A stretch of 64,000 nucleotides of DNA from the NCBI GenBank assembly GCA_964291675.2, contig OZ219865.1:960001-1024000 (forward strand). The letters run 5' to 3'. This DNA comes from Alphaproteobacteria bacterium. GTDB lineage: Bacteria; Pseudomonadota; Alphaproteobacteria; MPNO01. The notes under the pieces were generated by a model. That model was not told the DNA's origin. It did not search any database and worked only from the letters and a program-made list of their open reading frames with translations. This document shows positions 9,837 through 20,043 of the stretch, piece by piece (positions within the stretch are counted from its first letter, which is position 1; the number at the start of each line of letters is the position of its first letter). The translations under genes and the position numbers were made by a program.

Positions 9837-11831
9837 TCAGGCCAACCCCAGCACCTTCTTGCGTTCCCGGGCCCAGCAGTTGATCAACTGGTCGGCCATC
9901 AGCCCCATGAAGGCGATGCAGAGGCCCACGACGAGCGACTTCCCGGCGTCGTTCTCGGCCTTCGACCGGAAGATCTCCTGGCCGAGGTCCGTGGTGCCGA
10001 TGAACGCGGCGATCACGACCATGAACAGGGCGTACATGATCGTCTGGTTGATGCCGAGCATGATCGCCGGAAAGGCGAGCGGCATGCGTACCTTCCACAG
10101 CACCTGGCGCGGCGTGCAGCCCGACGTTATGGCCGCTTCGACGATGTCGTGCGGCACCGTCCGCAAACCGAAGATCGTAAGCCGCGTGGTCGGGATCGTC
10201 GCGTAGATCACGATCGCCATGATGGCGGCGAAGTCGTTCACGTTGAACAGCATGATCGCCGGGATCAGGTAGATGAAGGACGGGAAGGTCTGAAAGGTGT
10301 CGAGGATCAGCTCCACGACCTTCGCCCGCCGCGGCCCCGCCGCCGCCCAGATTCCCACGATCGAGCCGAAGATGACGCAGACGATCACCGCGAAGCTCAC
10401 CATGTAGGCGGTGATCAGCGTCCGCTCCCAGAAGCCGGCGAAGGCGAGATAGAGCGCGAACAGCGCCTGGATTCCGGCGACTTGCCAGCCGCCGTAGTAC
10501 CACCCCAGGGTTACCGCGAACACCAGCAGGGCCGACCAGGGAAGCATCAGATAGAGGTCGCGCATGGGGATCAGGACATGAACCAGCAGCGTGGCCTTGA
10601 TCAGCTCCAGATAGTCGAAAGCGTAGACGATGATGTCGTCGATCAGCGCATCCCAAAGCGGCGCGGTGGTGATCGACAGCGCTTTCGGCCATAGCTGCAA
10701 CGCCGGAATGAACGCCGCGAGAACGTACGAGACCACGACGACGGCGATGCCCGCGGACAGGAACGGATGCCGGACGTGAAAGGGCCCTTCCCTGGCGTGT
10801 TCGGGCTCCTTCCGGGCCCAGGCCTGGCTCAGCCGGTCGAGGATGATCGCCATGAAGACGATCACCACGCCGATCTCCAGCGCCTGCCCTATCCAGAGCG
10901 AGCGCAGCCGGTTCAGCAGGTCGTGGCCGAGCCCCTTGGCGCCCACGAAGGACGCGAGCACGACCATCGCCAGGCACAGCATGATGACCTGGTTGACGCC
11001 GACCATCAGCGTCGGCCGCGCCGCCGGCAGCTCGACCTTCCAGAGCATCTGGCGCGCGGTACAGCCCGCCATGATGCCGGCCTCGCGCACTTCCGGCGAC
11101 ACCCCCTTCAAACCCAGGATGGTGAGCCGCGCCATCACCGGGAAGGCAAAGATGATCGTCGCGATCGTGCCGGCCTTGTGCCCGATGCCGATGAAGATCG
11201 CCACCGGGATCATGTAGGAGAAATGCGGCAGGGCCTGCATGACGTTGAGCACCGGCCACAGCAATGTCTCGAACCAGCGCCTCTTGTAGGCCACGATGCC
11301 GAGCGCGACCCCGATCGCGCCGGCGATGGGCGCGGCCACCAGAACCACCGACAGGGTGACCATCGACAGCTCCCATTTGCCGAAGGTCGCCATATAGGCG
11401 AAGCAGATCCCGGCGATGACGCCGAGCCGGCGGCCCTGCAAATACCAGCCGAGGACGACGGCCAGCCCGGTGACCGCGATCCAGGGCAGGCCCGGAACCG
11501 CATCGGAGAACCCGGCGACCAGGATCGCCTCGACGAAGTCGAGCGGGTAGTCGATCAAATCCGCGATCGCCCGGGTCGCGTCCCGGAAGGTGAAGAGACC
11601 GAACAGCTCCTCCCGGCGCAGGAATTCCACCGCCACGTTGATCCAGCCGACGAACGGCGCGGACCACTCTTTCGGAACGCCCCTGAGCCAGTCGGGCAGC
11701 CACGGGACGATCAGCAGGACCGAGACGAACGGCGCCAGGAGCAAGACCGCGACGCGGAGACCGGACTGACCGGTGCCCGCCACCCAGCGCCGGACCGCGT
11801 GCACGCCGTGCGCAGCCATTGCTTCAGCCAC
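9837..11831 (-). CDS. ABC transporter permease, fused double TMD (TmoV/ProW-like)
   Basis: Two EAA-type motifs (EAGIMAGC; EAAITSGC); GTG start at 11831 overlaps the ATPase 3' end. Confidence 0.88.
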   Translation of the reverse strand: MAEAMAAHGVHAVRRWVAGTGQSGLRVAVLLLAPFVSVLLIVPWLPDWLRGVPKEWSAPFVGWINVAVEFLRREELFGLFTFRDATRAIADLIDYPLDFVEAILVAGFSDAVPGLPWIAVTGLAVVLGWYLQGRRLGVIAGICFAYMATFGKWELSMVTLSVVLVAAPIAGAIGVALGIVAYKRRWFETLLWPVLNVMQALPHFSYMIPVAIFIGIGHKAGTIATIIFAFPVMARLTILGLKGVSPEVREAGIMAGCTARQMLWKVELPAARPTLMVGVNQVIMLCLAMVVLASFVGAKGLGHDLLNRLRSLWIGQALEIGVVIVFMAIILDRLSQAWARKEPEHAREGPFHVRHPFLSAGIAVVVVSYVLAAFIPALQLWPKALSITTAPLWDALIDDIIVYAFDYLELIKATLLVHVLIPMRDLYLMLPWSALLVFAVTLGWYYGGWQVAGIQALFALYLAFAGFWERTLITAYMVSFAVIVCVIFGSIVGIWAAAGPRRAKVVELILDTFQTFPSFIYLIPAIMLFNVNDFAAIMAIVIYATIPTTRLTIFGLRTVPHDIVEAAITSGCTPRQVLWKVRMPLAFPAIMLGINQTIMYALFMVVIAAFIGTTDLGQEIFRSKAENDAGKSLVVGLCIAFMGLMADQLINCWARERKKVLGLA

Positions 11832-12858
11832 GGGATCCTTGCTCCCGGGAGAACAGCACATCCAGCACGCGGGCGCGGCTCGCCACGCCGACGATCCGGC
11901 CGTTCTCGTCCGCCACGCGCAGCGGGAGCTCGCTGCCGACGATCCGGCGCGCAACGTCCGCCACCTTTTCGGTCTGGCGGATCGTCACGTCCGACAGGGG
12001 CTGGCCGTCCGCAGGCGCTTCCATGACGGAGGCCACGGTCAGCAGCTTCTCGCGCGCGACGTCGCGGGTGAAATTGGCGACATAATCGTCGGCCGGCTTC
12101 GTCACCAGCGCCTCGGGCGTGCCGACCTGCACGATTCGGCCTTCGTTCATGATGGCGATCCGGTCGGCGAGACGGATCGCCTCGTCGAAATCGTGGGTGA
12201 TGAAGGCGATGGTCTTCCGCAGCATGGTCTGCAGGCGCAGGAATTCGTCCTGCATCTCGCGCCGGATCAGCGGATCGAGCGCCGAAAAGGGCTCGTCGAG
12301 AAACCAGACATCGGGTTCGACCGCGAGCGAGCGCGCGATGCCCACGCGTTGCTGCTGGCCGCCGGACAGTTCGCGCGGGTAGTACCTGTCCCGCCCCTTG
12401 AGCCCGACCAGCTCGATGACCTCGCGGGCCCGCTTCTCCCGGGTCGTCCGGTCGATGCCTTGCACCTCCAGCGGGAAGGCGACGTTTTGCAAGACGGTGC
12501 GGTGCGGCAGCAGCGCAAAATGCTGGAACACCATCCCCATCTTGTGGCGACGGATTTCGATCAGCTCCCTGGGCGGGATCTTCAACAGGTCCTGCCCGTC
12601 GAACATGACCTCCCCGGCGGTCGGCTCGATCAGGCGGGACAGGCAGCGGACCAGCGTGGACTTGCCCGAGCCGCTGAGCCCCATGATCACCAGAATTTCG
12701 CCGGGGAAGACCTCCAGGCTGGCATGGCGGACCGCCGGAATATAGCCGCCCGCCTCGATCGCGCCGTCCGCGGGATCGCCGTCATGCGCGGCCAGAAACG
12801 CTTCCGGTTCCCTGCCGTACAACTTCCAGATGCTCCGGCACGCGATCCTGGCTTCCAA
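11824..12858 (-). CDS. quaternary-amine ABC transporter ATP-binding protein (TmoW/ProV-like)
   Basis: MGLSGSGKS, LSGGQQQRVG, FLDEPFSALDPLIR; probable TTG start at 12858. Confidence 0.9.
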   Translation of the reverse strand: MEARIACRSIWKLYGREPEAFLAAHDGDPADGAIEAGGYIPAVRHASLEVFPGEILVIMGLSGSGKSTLVRCLSRLIEPTAGEVMFDGQDLLKIPPRELIEIRRHKMGMVFQHFALLPHRTVLQNVAFPLEVQGIDRTTREKRAREVIELVGLKGRDRYYPRELSGGQQQRVGIARSLAVEPDVWFLDEPFSALDPLIRREMQDEFLRLQTMLRKTIAFITHDFDEAIRLADRIAIMNEGRIVQVGTPEALVTKPADDYVANFTRDVAREKLLTVASVMEAPADGQPLSDVTIRQTEKVADVARRIVGSELPLRVADENGRIVGVASRARVLDVLFSREQGSRG

Positions 12859-13023
12859 AGTCCCGCTCTCCGCATGACCGCTCCCCAGGGCGGCCGAACA
12901 CTCCGTCGTCGCGCGCTCGCACGCATCGCGGCCCCGACGATCCGCGCCGGGACCTCGCCGGATCACGGTACGACTTTTTGCCTGACCGCGAAATGCCAAA
13001 GCGACGCCTGGGGTCCTGGCTGA

Positions 13024-13148
13024 ACCAATTCTTACCAATATAGCCTTTCATAACAATTTTTGACTATCATATGTCATTGACTCTCCACAATTAGAGACCG
13101 AAGATCGAAATCTGGGCGTCGGATCACGCCAAATTGGTTCATATTGGT
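13024..13148. promoter_or_regulatory. divergent promoter region with mirrored tandem ACCAAT boxes and central palindrome
   Basis: ACCAAT at 13024 and 13034; ATTGGT at 13133 and 13143; TGACTATCATATGTCA at 13061-13076; AT-rich. Confidence 0.5.
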
Positions 13149-13178
13149 TCGACGCCGCAGTACACGAAGGGGACGGTT

Positions 13179-14123
13179 ATGAGCAAGATTGCGACACTGG
13201 CGGCTTCGGCCGCATTTCTGATCGTCGGCGCCCTGCCCGCTGCCGCCGAGACGATCAAGATCCCGCTGCACAATTGGTCGAGCCAGCTCGTCGGCGCCCG
13301 GATCGTCGGCAACATGCTGGAAATGGTGGGCGAAAAGGTGGACTACGTGTCGGCGGACAGCCAGGTGGTCTACACCTCGATGTGCGAAGGCGACATTCAT
13401 CTCGTCCACGAGGTCTGGCAGGGCGCGTTCGGCGTCAGCTACGAGACGCAGCTCAACGCCGGATGCGTGATCACGGCGGCGACCCACGAGGCGAAGACCC
13501 GCGAGGAGTGGTGGTATCCCGAGTATGTCGAGGAAGCCTGTCCCGGCCTGCCCGACTGGCAGGCGCTCAACAAGTGCGCGGCCAAGTTCGCGACCGCCGC
13601 CACCAAGCCCAAGGGCCGCTTCCTCGCCGGTCCGGTGGACTGGCTGAAGCACGACCAGGAGCGCGTCGACGGGCTGGGCATGAACTTCAAGGTGGTGAAC
13701 GCGGGCTCCGCCGCCGCCCTGTGGGCGGAGCTCAAATCGGCCAGCAAGCGCAAGGCGCCGATCGTGCTGTTCAACTGGACGCCGAACTTCATCGAGGCGC
13801 TGTACAAGGGCAAGTTCGTGGAGTTCCCGGAATATGACGAGAAATGCCGCAAGGATCCCAAATGGGGGCTGAACCCGGAGAAGGCCTATGACTGCGGCAA
13901 CCCGAAGGACGGCTATCTCAAGCTCGGCGTCTGGAAGGGCTTCCCCGGGAAGTGGCCGAAAGCCTACAAGCTGTTGCAGAAGATGAGCTTCTCCAATCTC
14001 GACATCGCCGTCATGGCCAAGCTGGTCGACGTGGACAAGATGGAGGCGGACGCCGCGGCGGCGAAGTGGATGAAGGACAACGAGGCCAAGTGGAAGCCCT
14101 GGGTGGAAGCGGCCACCATGTAG
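13179..14123 (+). CDS. ABC transporter substrate-binding protein, TmoX/glycine-betaine family
   Basis: Signal peptide; HNWSSQ, DSQVVY, HEVW, CPGLPDW, FNWTPNF resemble the TMAO-binding TmoX family. Confidence 0.8.
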   Translation: MSKIATLAASAAFLIVGALPAAAETIKIPLHNWSSQLVGARIVGNMLEMVGEKVDYVSADSQVVYTSMCEGDIHLVHEVWQGAFGVSYETQLNAGCVITAATHEAKTREEWWYPEYVEEACPGLPDWQALNKCAAKFATAATKPKGRFLAGPVDWLKHDQERVDGLGMNFKVVNAGSAAALWAELKSASKRKAPIVLFNWTPNFIEALYKGKFVEFPEYDEKCRKDPKWGLNPEKAYDCGNPKDGYLKLGVWKGFPGKWPKAYKLLQKMSFSNLDIAVMAKLVDVDKMEADAAAAKWMKDNEAKWKPWVEAATM

Positions 14124-14130
14124 CCCCGGC

Positions 14131-14211
14131 CGCGCGGCTCGATACGGCAACCGGCCCGCCAGAAATGGCGGGCCTCTTGCCCGGAGGTTCGGGTCGGGTG
14201 GTGGAGCCGAG
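14131..14211. repeat. distal att-like direct repeat (13 bp of tRNA-Ala 3' end plus 68 bp downstream incl. hairpin)
   Basis: 74/81 identical to 18576-18656 by manual alignment. Confidence 0.92.
14153..14174. terminator. GC-rich hairpin, putative terminator after the SBP gene
   Basis: GGCCCGCCA-GAAA-TGGCGGGCC; no clear U-tract. Confidence 0.5.
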
Positions 14212-14976
14212 ACCGTAGCACGAGGGCGGCCGTTACATTCACGTGCGAAGGGAAGTCCTTCGAGCTCGCCGACATCGCGGCGAGCAAGCGACGGGGTAAG
14301 ACCGCGCCGAGGCCCGCAGCGTGCCGCGTGCGCACTCGGGGCCGTGGCCAAGCGGGCGCGGAGCTCGGTCGCGATGGTGCGGGTGCGTCGCCGAGGTATC
14401 GGCCTCGCCCGCGTCCGAGCGGTGGGAGGCGGGCGGAGCCAGAGTACGTCCCGGAACCGCGCGAGACCGCGTCTCGCCGGGAGCTTTCTCAATTGCGTAG
14501 CGAGCTCATCCCGACCGGTGGATTCCTGGCGCACGGCCCCAGTGCCGATCAGCGTGGAAATTCGTCGAACTTGCTGCATTACGTGAGCTCAGCAATGCGC
14601 GCTCAACGGGACTGATCATCCTGCTTTACAAATTGATGAGCTGGAGACACCGGCGCACCGGCATATCGTTGGAAGAACGCAGGCCCGCGCCCGCGCGCAA
14701 CGGACAGGCCTCGGACCGACGGCGCGGCTCCCGCCGGCGAAGCCGCGCTCCGGCCCCCGAACGTCGGTCCGGCGTTCCCCGCCGGCCGGTCCGCTCGCGC
14801 TTGCCTTCCGCCTGGGGAGAATTCGGGAGCGGCCACTCGGCCCCCCGCCGGCGCCTCCCCGCCCCGTCGCCGGCGCCGAACCTCACCGTTGCCGCCGCGA
14901 CCGCGGATGCCCACGCACTCGCCTTCGACCACGCCATCTCGAAAATGGAAGCAGGCTCCCCCCGACGAAACCGCGA

Positions 14977-16426
14977 GGTCGTGTCCCCAGACGTGGTGTA
15001 GGAGCTCTGGCCTTGGTTTGTAGCTGTGGGTAAGCAGCGCGCCGCCGCGACCGCCGCGAGTCTGGCGGCGGCGGGCTGCTTATCCACAGCGGAGGCCATC
15101 GCGGTTCCGGTTTAGGGTTGGGTCGTGCAACGCCAACCCGAACCTGAGGAGGAACCGCGATGACCGACGACATGATGGCCCTGCGCGGGCTTTTGGAGAA
15201 GAGTTCCGACGCCGATCTGCTGCGCGAGATGATCGGCTTCTCGGCCGAGCGTCTGATGGCGCTGGAGGTGGAAGGGCTGACCGGCGCCGCCCATGGCGAG
15301 CGCACGCCGGAGCGGATCACGCAGCGCAACGGCTACCGCGAGCGGGCCTGGGAGACCCGCGCCGGCACGGTGGCGCTGAGGATCCCGAAGCTCAGGACGG
15401 GGAGCTACTTCCCCGGCTTCCTGGAACCGCGCCGGATGGCGGAGAAGGCACTCACGGCGGTGATCCAGGAGGCCTACATCCAGGGCGTGTCGACGCGCTC
15501 GGTCGACGACCTGGTGCAGGCGATGGGGATGTCGGGCATCTCCAAGAGCCAGGTGTCCAGGCTGTGCGCCGAGATCGACGACAAGATCGAGAGCTTCCTC
15601 GACCGGCCGCTGGAGGGCGAGTGGCCCTATCTGTGGCTGGATGCGACCTATATCAAGATGCGCGAGATCGGGCGCATCGTCCCGGTCGCGGTGACCGTCG
15701 CGGTGGCGGTCAACGACCAGGGCCGGCGCGAGGTGCTCGGCATGGCGATCGGCCACTCCGAGGCCGAGACCTTCTGGACCGCCTTCCTGCGCGCGCTGAC
15801 CGGCCGCGGGCTCAAGGGCGTCAAGCTGGTGATCTCCGACGACCACAAGGGGTTGAAGGCCGCCGCGACCCGCATCCTCGGCGCCACCTGGCAGCGCTGC
15901 CGCATCCACTTCATGCGCAACCTGCTGGCCCATGCCGGCCGTCAGGGAAGGCGCGTCGTGTCTGCCTTCGTCGCCACCGCCTTCGCCCAGGACGACGCCC
16001 AGGCCGCGAGCGCCCAGTGGCGCCTGGTCGCCGACCAGCTCAGGCCCAAGGCGCCCAAGCTCGCCACCCTCATGGACGACGCCGAGCACGACGTCCTCGC
16101 CTACATGACCTTCCCCAGGGAGCACCGAACCAAGCTCCACTCGACCAACCCCATCGAGCGGGTCCATGCCGAGATCAAGCGCCGAACCAACGTCGTCGGC
16201 ATCTTCCCCAACGAAGACGCCGTCACCCGCCTGGTCGGCGCCATCCTGCTCGAGCAGAACGACGAGTGGGCCGTCGCAAGGAGATACATGACACTGGAAT
16301 CCATCGCTCAGACCAGCGACAATCTCACCGTCAAGCCGCCCGCCGTGGCAGCCTGACCCTACCGGCCCAACACGCCGGATACCGCGATCGGCGCCGGGCT
16401 CTTACACCACGTGGCGGGACACGATC
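14977..16426 (+). mobile_element. IS256 family insertion sequence
   Basis: Imperfect TIRs (GGTCGTGTCCCCAGACGTGGTGTAGGAGC vs revcomp GATCGTGTCCCGCCACGTGGTGTAAGAGC); 8-bp TSD AACCGCGA at 14969-14976 and 16427-16434. Confidence 0.95.
15160..16356 (+). CDS. IS256 family transposase
   Basis: [49 protein letters not shown]. Confidence 0.96.
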   Translation: MTDDMMALRGLLEKSSDADLLREMIGFSAERLMALEVEGLTGAAHGERTPERITQRNGYRERAWETRAGTVALRIPKLRTGSYFPGFLEPRRMAEKALTAVIQEAYIQGVSTRSVDDLVQAMGMSGISKSQVSRLCAEIDDKIESFLDRPLEGEWPYLWLDATYIKMREIGRIVPVAVTVAVAVNDQGRREVLGMAIGHSEAETFWTAFLRALTGRGLKGVKLVISDDHKGLKAAATRILGATWQRCRIHFMRNLLAHAGRQGRRVVSAFVATAFAQDDAQAASAQWRLVADQLRPKAPKLATLMDDAEHDVLAYMTFPREHRTKLHSTNPIERVHAEIKRRTNVVGIFPNEDAVTRLVGAILLEQNDEWAVARRYMTLESIAQTSDNLTVKPPAVAA

Positions 16427-16596
16427 AACCGCGACGCCGTCCCCGGGCCGCAACGGCGTCCACAAGTGGCGCGGAATCCTAGGCCGAATGCGCATGCGCG
16501 CGTATCGCCAGGATTGGGGAGATTCAAAAATAACCGCGTTCTGCTCCGGGCGATTGCCCAAAGAGGGACGCCTTCGGCGCCGCCCTGCGCCTTGCC

Positions 16597-17745
16597 TCAG
16601 CCGCGCGGCCGGGCCTGGGGAGACCCCGCCACGGACTGGACCAGCCGCACCAGCTGCGCCTGCCGCGAGAGCCCGTGCTTGGCGAACATGTGCTTCACGT
16701 GCGAGCGGATCGTGCTCTCCTTGCGGCCCGTCGCCGCGGCGATCTGGTGCACGCTCATGCCCTGGGCCAGAAGCACCGCCACGCGGCTTTCCATCCGCGT
16801 GAGGCCGAGGGCGTCGGCAGCCGCCGCCGGATCGATCGCGGTCCCGTTCGCCGGGTCGACGACCAGCACCAGCGCCGCCACCGGCCACACCTGGAAGTCC
16901 GTTCCCTGCGGGCCCACCGGGTGGACGTGCAGCACCAGAGGCGGCAGGTCGTCCGAACGGCTCACCGATATCGAGCCGCCGGCGCCCTTCGCCCCGTACG
17001 GCGGCAGCGCGCGCGCCAGCAGCGCCTGGAGGCGGGCCTGCTCCTCCGGCCTGCGCGCGAGGAGGAAGCCGCGCTCGTCGAACAGGCCGTCGCCCGAGCG
17101 CAGCACGTCCCGGGCCCGGTCGTTCGCCGCCGCGATCCGCCCGCGCGCGTCGAGCTGGACGATGCCCATCCCGGAATGGTCGAGCATCTCCGCGAGCGTC
17201 GCACCCAGGACATCCGCGCGCGCGAGCGTCTGCTGGACGTGCACGGTCTGGCGGATGTGCGGCAGCAGACGCCGGATCGTGTCGTGCTGCGCGGACGACC
17301 AGCCGTCCCCGTCCAGCGGGTCGTTGACTTGCCAGAGGATGCGCGAGCCCCCGGTGCCGTCCAGACGCACGTAGATCGCGTTCCCGGCATGGGCGCGGGT
17401 CCGCAGGAGGTCAAACGACTCGGAGGTCTTCAACTCCTCCTCGGTGTAGAGGTCGGCGATGGGGATCAACCGGTAGAACGGGCGCCGCCGCAGGCGGGGT
17501 ACTCCTTCGTCAAGCGGATAATGGGTCTCCAGCCAGACACGCTCCAGATCCCGGCGCCGCTGCCCGCGAAGGCAGGTCCACATGAAGTGGGTCCGATAGT
17601 CCCCCTGCACTTCCCCGTCGCCCGACGCCAGGGTGCTGCCATGCGTGCCGAGGGCCTCGTCGATCAGCACCGAGGCGTTCGGCCAGCGGGCAGGGTCGAG
17701 CGCCGCCCCGTGCAACGCGGCGAGGATGCGCTCGAACGCGGTCAT
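16597..17745 (-). CDS. LuxR-type HTH transcriptional regulator (GAF/PAS-like N-terminus)
   Basis: C-terminal LTRMESRVAVLLAQG.SV.QIAAATGRKESTIRSHVKHMFAKHGLSRQAQLV. Confidence 0.88.
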   Translation of the reverse strand: MTAFERILAALHGAALDPARWPNASVLIDEALGTHGSTLASGDGEVQGDYRTHFMWTCLRGQRRRDLERVWLETHYPLDEGVPRLRRRPFYRLIPIADLYTEEELKTSESFDLLRTRAHAGNAIYVRLDGTGGSRILWQVNDPLDGDGWSSAQHDTIRRLLPHIRQTVHVQQTLARADVLGATLAEMLDHSGMGIVQLDARGRIAAANDRARDVLRSGDGLFDERGFLLARRPEEQARLQALLARALPPYGAKGAGGSISVSRSDDLPPLVLHVHPVGPQGTDFQVWPVAALVLVVDPANGTAIDPAAAADALGLTRMESRVAVLLAQGMSVHQIAAATGRKESTIRSHVKHMFAKHGLSRQAQLVRLVQSVAGSPQARPRG

Positions 17746-17968
17746 CTCGCTTCAGGCCACAACGTCACGGCCGGGCGCTCCGCGGACCCGATGCCCCTTG
17801 CCTCGCAGGAAGCGCGTTCCCGCGTCGCCGATAGTCCCGGCCGCAACCCTGCGTGTCCCTGTCGGCGCGGCCGCTCTCGGCTCGGCTGCCACATAAAGGG
17901 CAAGCTACCGGCATACCTACACACATCCTCAAGTTTGGCGAGGATATCGCGGTAGCGGATATCCACGC

Positions 17969-17986
17969 CTCCCCAACATTGGGGAG
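17969..17986. promoter_or_regulatory. palindromic operator candidate upstream of LuxR gene
   Basis: CTCCCCAA-CA-TTGGGGAG, perfect 8-bp arms. Confidence 0.5.
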
Positions 17987-18014
17987 TATTGGCAAGATTC
18001 CTGTGTGCGAGCGT

Positions 18015-18578
18015 GCGCGAACCTGGGATCCGCCACTCCCCCGTGCCCTCGTCTACTTCGTCCCACGTTGCGCCCCGCGCCTCGCCGGACCGTGCAGCCG
18101 CCAACACGAGAAACCGCAGACACAACTTGCTTGCCAGGGACGCCTTGGAGGCTTCCACGCTCGCGAGCGCCGCCGATACTTCCTGATAGGGCATGGCGCG
18201 AAGGTGCGCCCTCAGGCGCGGCATGGGCGGCAGCGCGCCGTCGATCGCTTCACCCGCCGCGTTGTGCTCCACATAGCCGTGCGCCATGCACCATCGCAGA
18301 ACCGTGCGGGTACGCTGTCGAACGCGGCGCGCCGTTTCCATCCGGACGCTCCATATCGGCGTCGGCACGCGCAACACGTCCTCGCGCCCGATCCGGTCAA
18401 CCGGCATGTCTCCCAAAGCCGGATAAGGCGTGGCGCGCAAGCGTCTGCCACCAGGACAGGGTGTGCTTGCCGTTTCGCCAACGCGGCCGGTTCGCTTCGA
18501 ACGTCCTCTTGGCTGCTTCCCGGAATGTGGGAATGGCGGCCTTGCGCGTTGCCTCCCGCTTCTCGGCCAGCGGATCGC
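18015..18578 (-). pseudogene. P4-like tyrosine integrase remnant (truncated at both ends, frameshifted)
   Basis: RDPLAEKREAT..IPTFREAA..RWRNGKH..W.QTLARHA, frameshift near 18428, YPALGDMPVDRI..ETARRVRQR..LRFLVLAAARSGEARGATWDEVD..EWRIPGSR; arm-binding N-terminus and H-R-H-Y catalytic C-terminus absent. Confidence 0.88.
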
Positions 18579-18656
18579 GCGGTTCGATACGGCAACCGGC
18601 CCGCCAGAGATGGCGGGCCGGCTGCCCGGACGTTCGGGTCGGATGGTGGAGCCGAG
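18576..18656. repeat. tRNA-proximal copy of the 81-bp direct repeat
   Basis: Matches 14131-14211 with 7 mismatches. Confidence 0.92.
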
Positions 18657-18719
18657 GGGAGTCGAACCCCTGACCTCGACATTGCGAACGTCGCGCTCTC
18701 CCAACTGAGCTACGGCCCC
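18644..18719 (-). tRNA. tRNA-Ala(CGC)
   Basis: GGGGCCGTAGCTCAGTTGGGAGAGCGCGACGTTCGCAATGTCGAGGTCAGGGGTTCGACTCCCCTCGGCTCCACCA; G3-U70 pair, encoded CCA. Confidence 0.97.
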
Positions 18720-18736
18720 GTCCACCGAAGGCGCGG

Positions 18737-18766
18737 ATAATGTGGAGCCGCGCGCGGCGATGTCAA
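18737..18766 (-). promoter_or_regulatory. sigma70-like promoter of tRNA-Ala
   Basis: TTGACA-N18-CATTAT just upstream of the tRNA. Confidence 0.6.
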
Positions 18767-18853
18767 GCGCCCGGCGGGGCGGCGGCGCTTGCGCGGCGTA
18801 TCCGCCGGGGCTAGTTTCGCCCCGCCTTGCGGCAGGAGCGAGACCGCGCGACC

Positions 18854-19156
18854 ATGAACGTCATCCTCGGCCCGATCCTCGGCATCGTCAGCACGGTTCT
18901 CTGGCTCTACATGTGGGTGCTGATCCTGTCGGTGGTGATGAGCTGGCTCTACGCGTTCAACATCGTCAATGCCAGCAACCGCTTCGTCTACGCGGTCGGC
19001 TATTTCACCCACCGGCTCACCGAGCCCGCGCTGGCGCCGATCCGCCGCTTCATCCCCAATCTCGGCGCCATCGACATCTCGCCGCTGATCCTGCTGCTGG
19101 CCGTCGTCTTCCTGCGCGACGTGATCGACAACCTCGCCTTCGAGCTCGGCGGATGA
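18854..19156 (+). CDS. yggT: YggT family membrane protein
   Basis: [13 protein letters not shown]...[23 protein letters not shown]. Confidence 0.92.
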   Translation: MNVILGPILGIVSTVLWLYMWVLILSVVMSWLYAFNIVNASNRFVYAVGYFTHRLTEPALAPIRRFIPNLGAIDISPLILLLAVVFLRDVIDNLAFELGG

Positions 19157-20043
19157 GCCGGCTGATCGACGGCAAGGCGGTCGCCGCCGGGCTGCGCGCG
19201 CGCGTCGCCGAGGCGGTCGCCGTGCTCGCCGATTGCGACATCTCGCCCGGCCTCGCCACGGTGCTGGTGGGCGACGACCCGGCCAGCCGGGTCTATGTGC
19301 GCAACAAGATCCGCGCCTGCGCCGAGGCCGGCATACGCTCCATCGAGCACGCGCCCGGCGCCGACATCTCGGAAGCCGCCCTGCTCGACCTGGTAGGCCG
19401 GCTCAACGCCGATCCCGAGGTCGACGGCATCCTGGTGCAGCTCCCCCTCCCGGCACATATCGACGCGGCCCGGATCACCGAGGCCATCGACCCGCTCAAG
19501 GACGTCGACGGCTTCCACACCACCAACGCCGGCAGGCTGTCCGCCGGGCTGGACGCGATGGTGCCTTGCACCCCGGCGGGCTGCATGATCCTGCTGCGGA
19601 GCGTCTGCCCGGACCCGAAAGGGCTCCGCGCCGTGGTGGTCGGCCGGTCCAACATCGTCGGCAAGCCGGTGGCCCAGCTCCTGCTGGCCGCCCACTGCAC
19701 GGTGACGATCGCCCATTCGCGCACCGTCGACCTCGCTGCGCGCTGCCGCGAGGCCGACATCCTGATCGCCGCCGTCGGCCGGGCGCGGATGATCGAGGGC
19801 GACTGGATCGGCCCGGGCGCGACGGTCATCGATGTCGGGATCAACCGGGTCGAGGGGAAGGACGGGAAAGGCGTGCTGGTGGGCGACGTGGATTTCGAGG
19901 CGGCGAAGGAGGTCGCCGGCGCCATCACCCCGGTGCCCGGCGGGGTCGGGCCCATGACCATCGCGTGTCTCTTGCGCAACACCGTCATCGCCGCCTGCCG
20001 GCGGCGCGGCATGGAGATACCCGACGCCATCCCGCCCGCCTAG
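19153..20043 (+). CDS. folD: methylenetetrahydrofolate dehydrogenase/cyclohydrolase
   Basis: [45 protein letters not shown]. Confidence 0.97.
   Translation: MSRLIDGKAVAAGLRARVAEAVAVLADCDISPGLATVLVGDDPASRVYVRNKIRACAEAGIRSIEHAPGADISEAALLDLVGRLNADPEVDGILVQLPLPAHIDAARITEAIDPLKDVDGFHTTNAGRLSAGLDAMVPCTPAGCMILLRSVCPDPKGLRAVVVGRSNIVGKPVAQLLLAAHCTVTIAHSRTVDLAARCREADILIAAVGRARMIEGDWIGPGATVIDVGINRVEGKDGKGVLVGDVDFEAAKEVAGAITPVPGGVGPMTIACLLRNTVIAACRRRGMEIPDAIPPA

Larger units (their letters stand above)
14212..18656. mobile_element. degenerate genomic island integrated at tRNA-Ala 3' end
   Basis: Flanking direct repeats, integrase remnant next to the tRNA, IS256 and LuxR cargo. Confidence 0.85.

Noticed and set aside
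14212-14976. ORFs in the left part of the island
   Set aside because: No recognisable motifs or coding bias in any frame; treated as decayed DNA.
17742-18725. 327-aa ORF as an intact integrase
   Set aside because: It reads through the tRNA and repeat; only the middle part is integrase, which is frameshifted and lacks catalytic residues.
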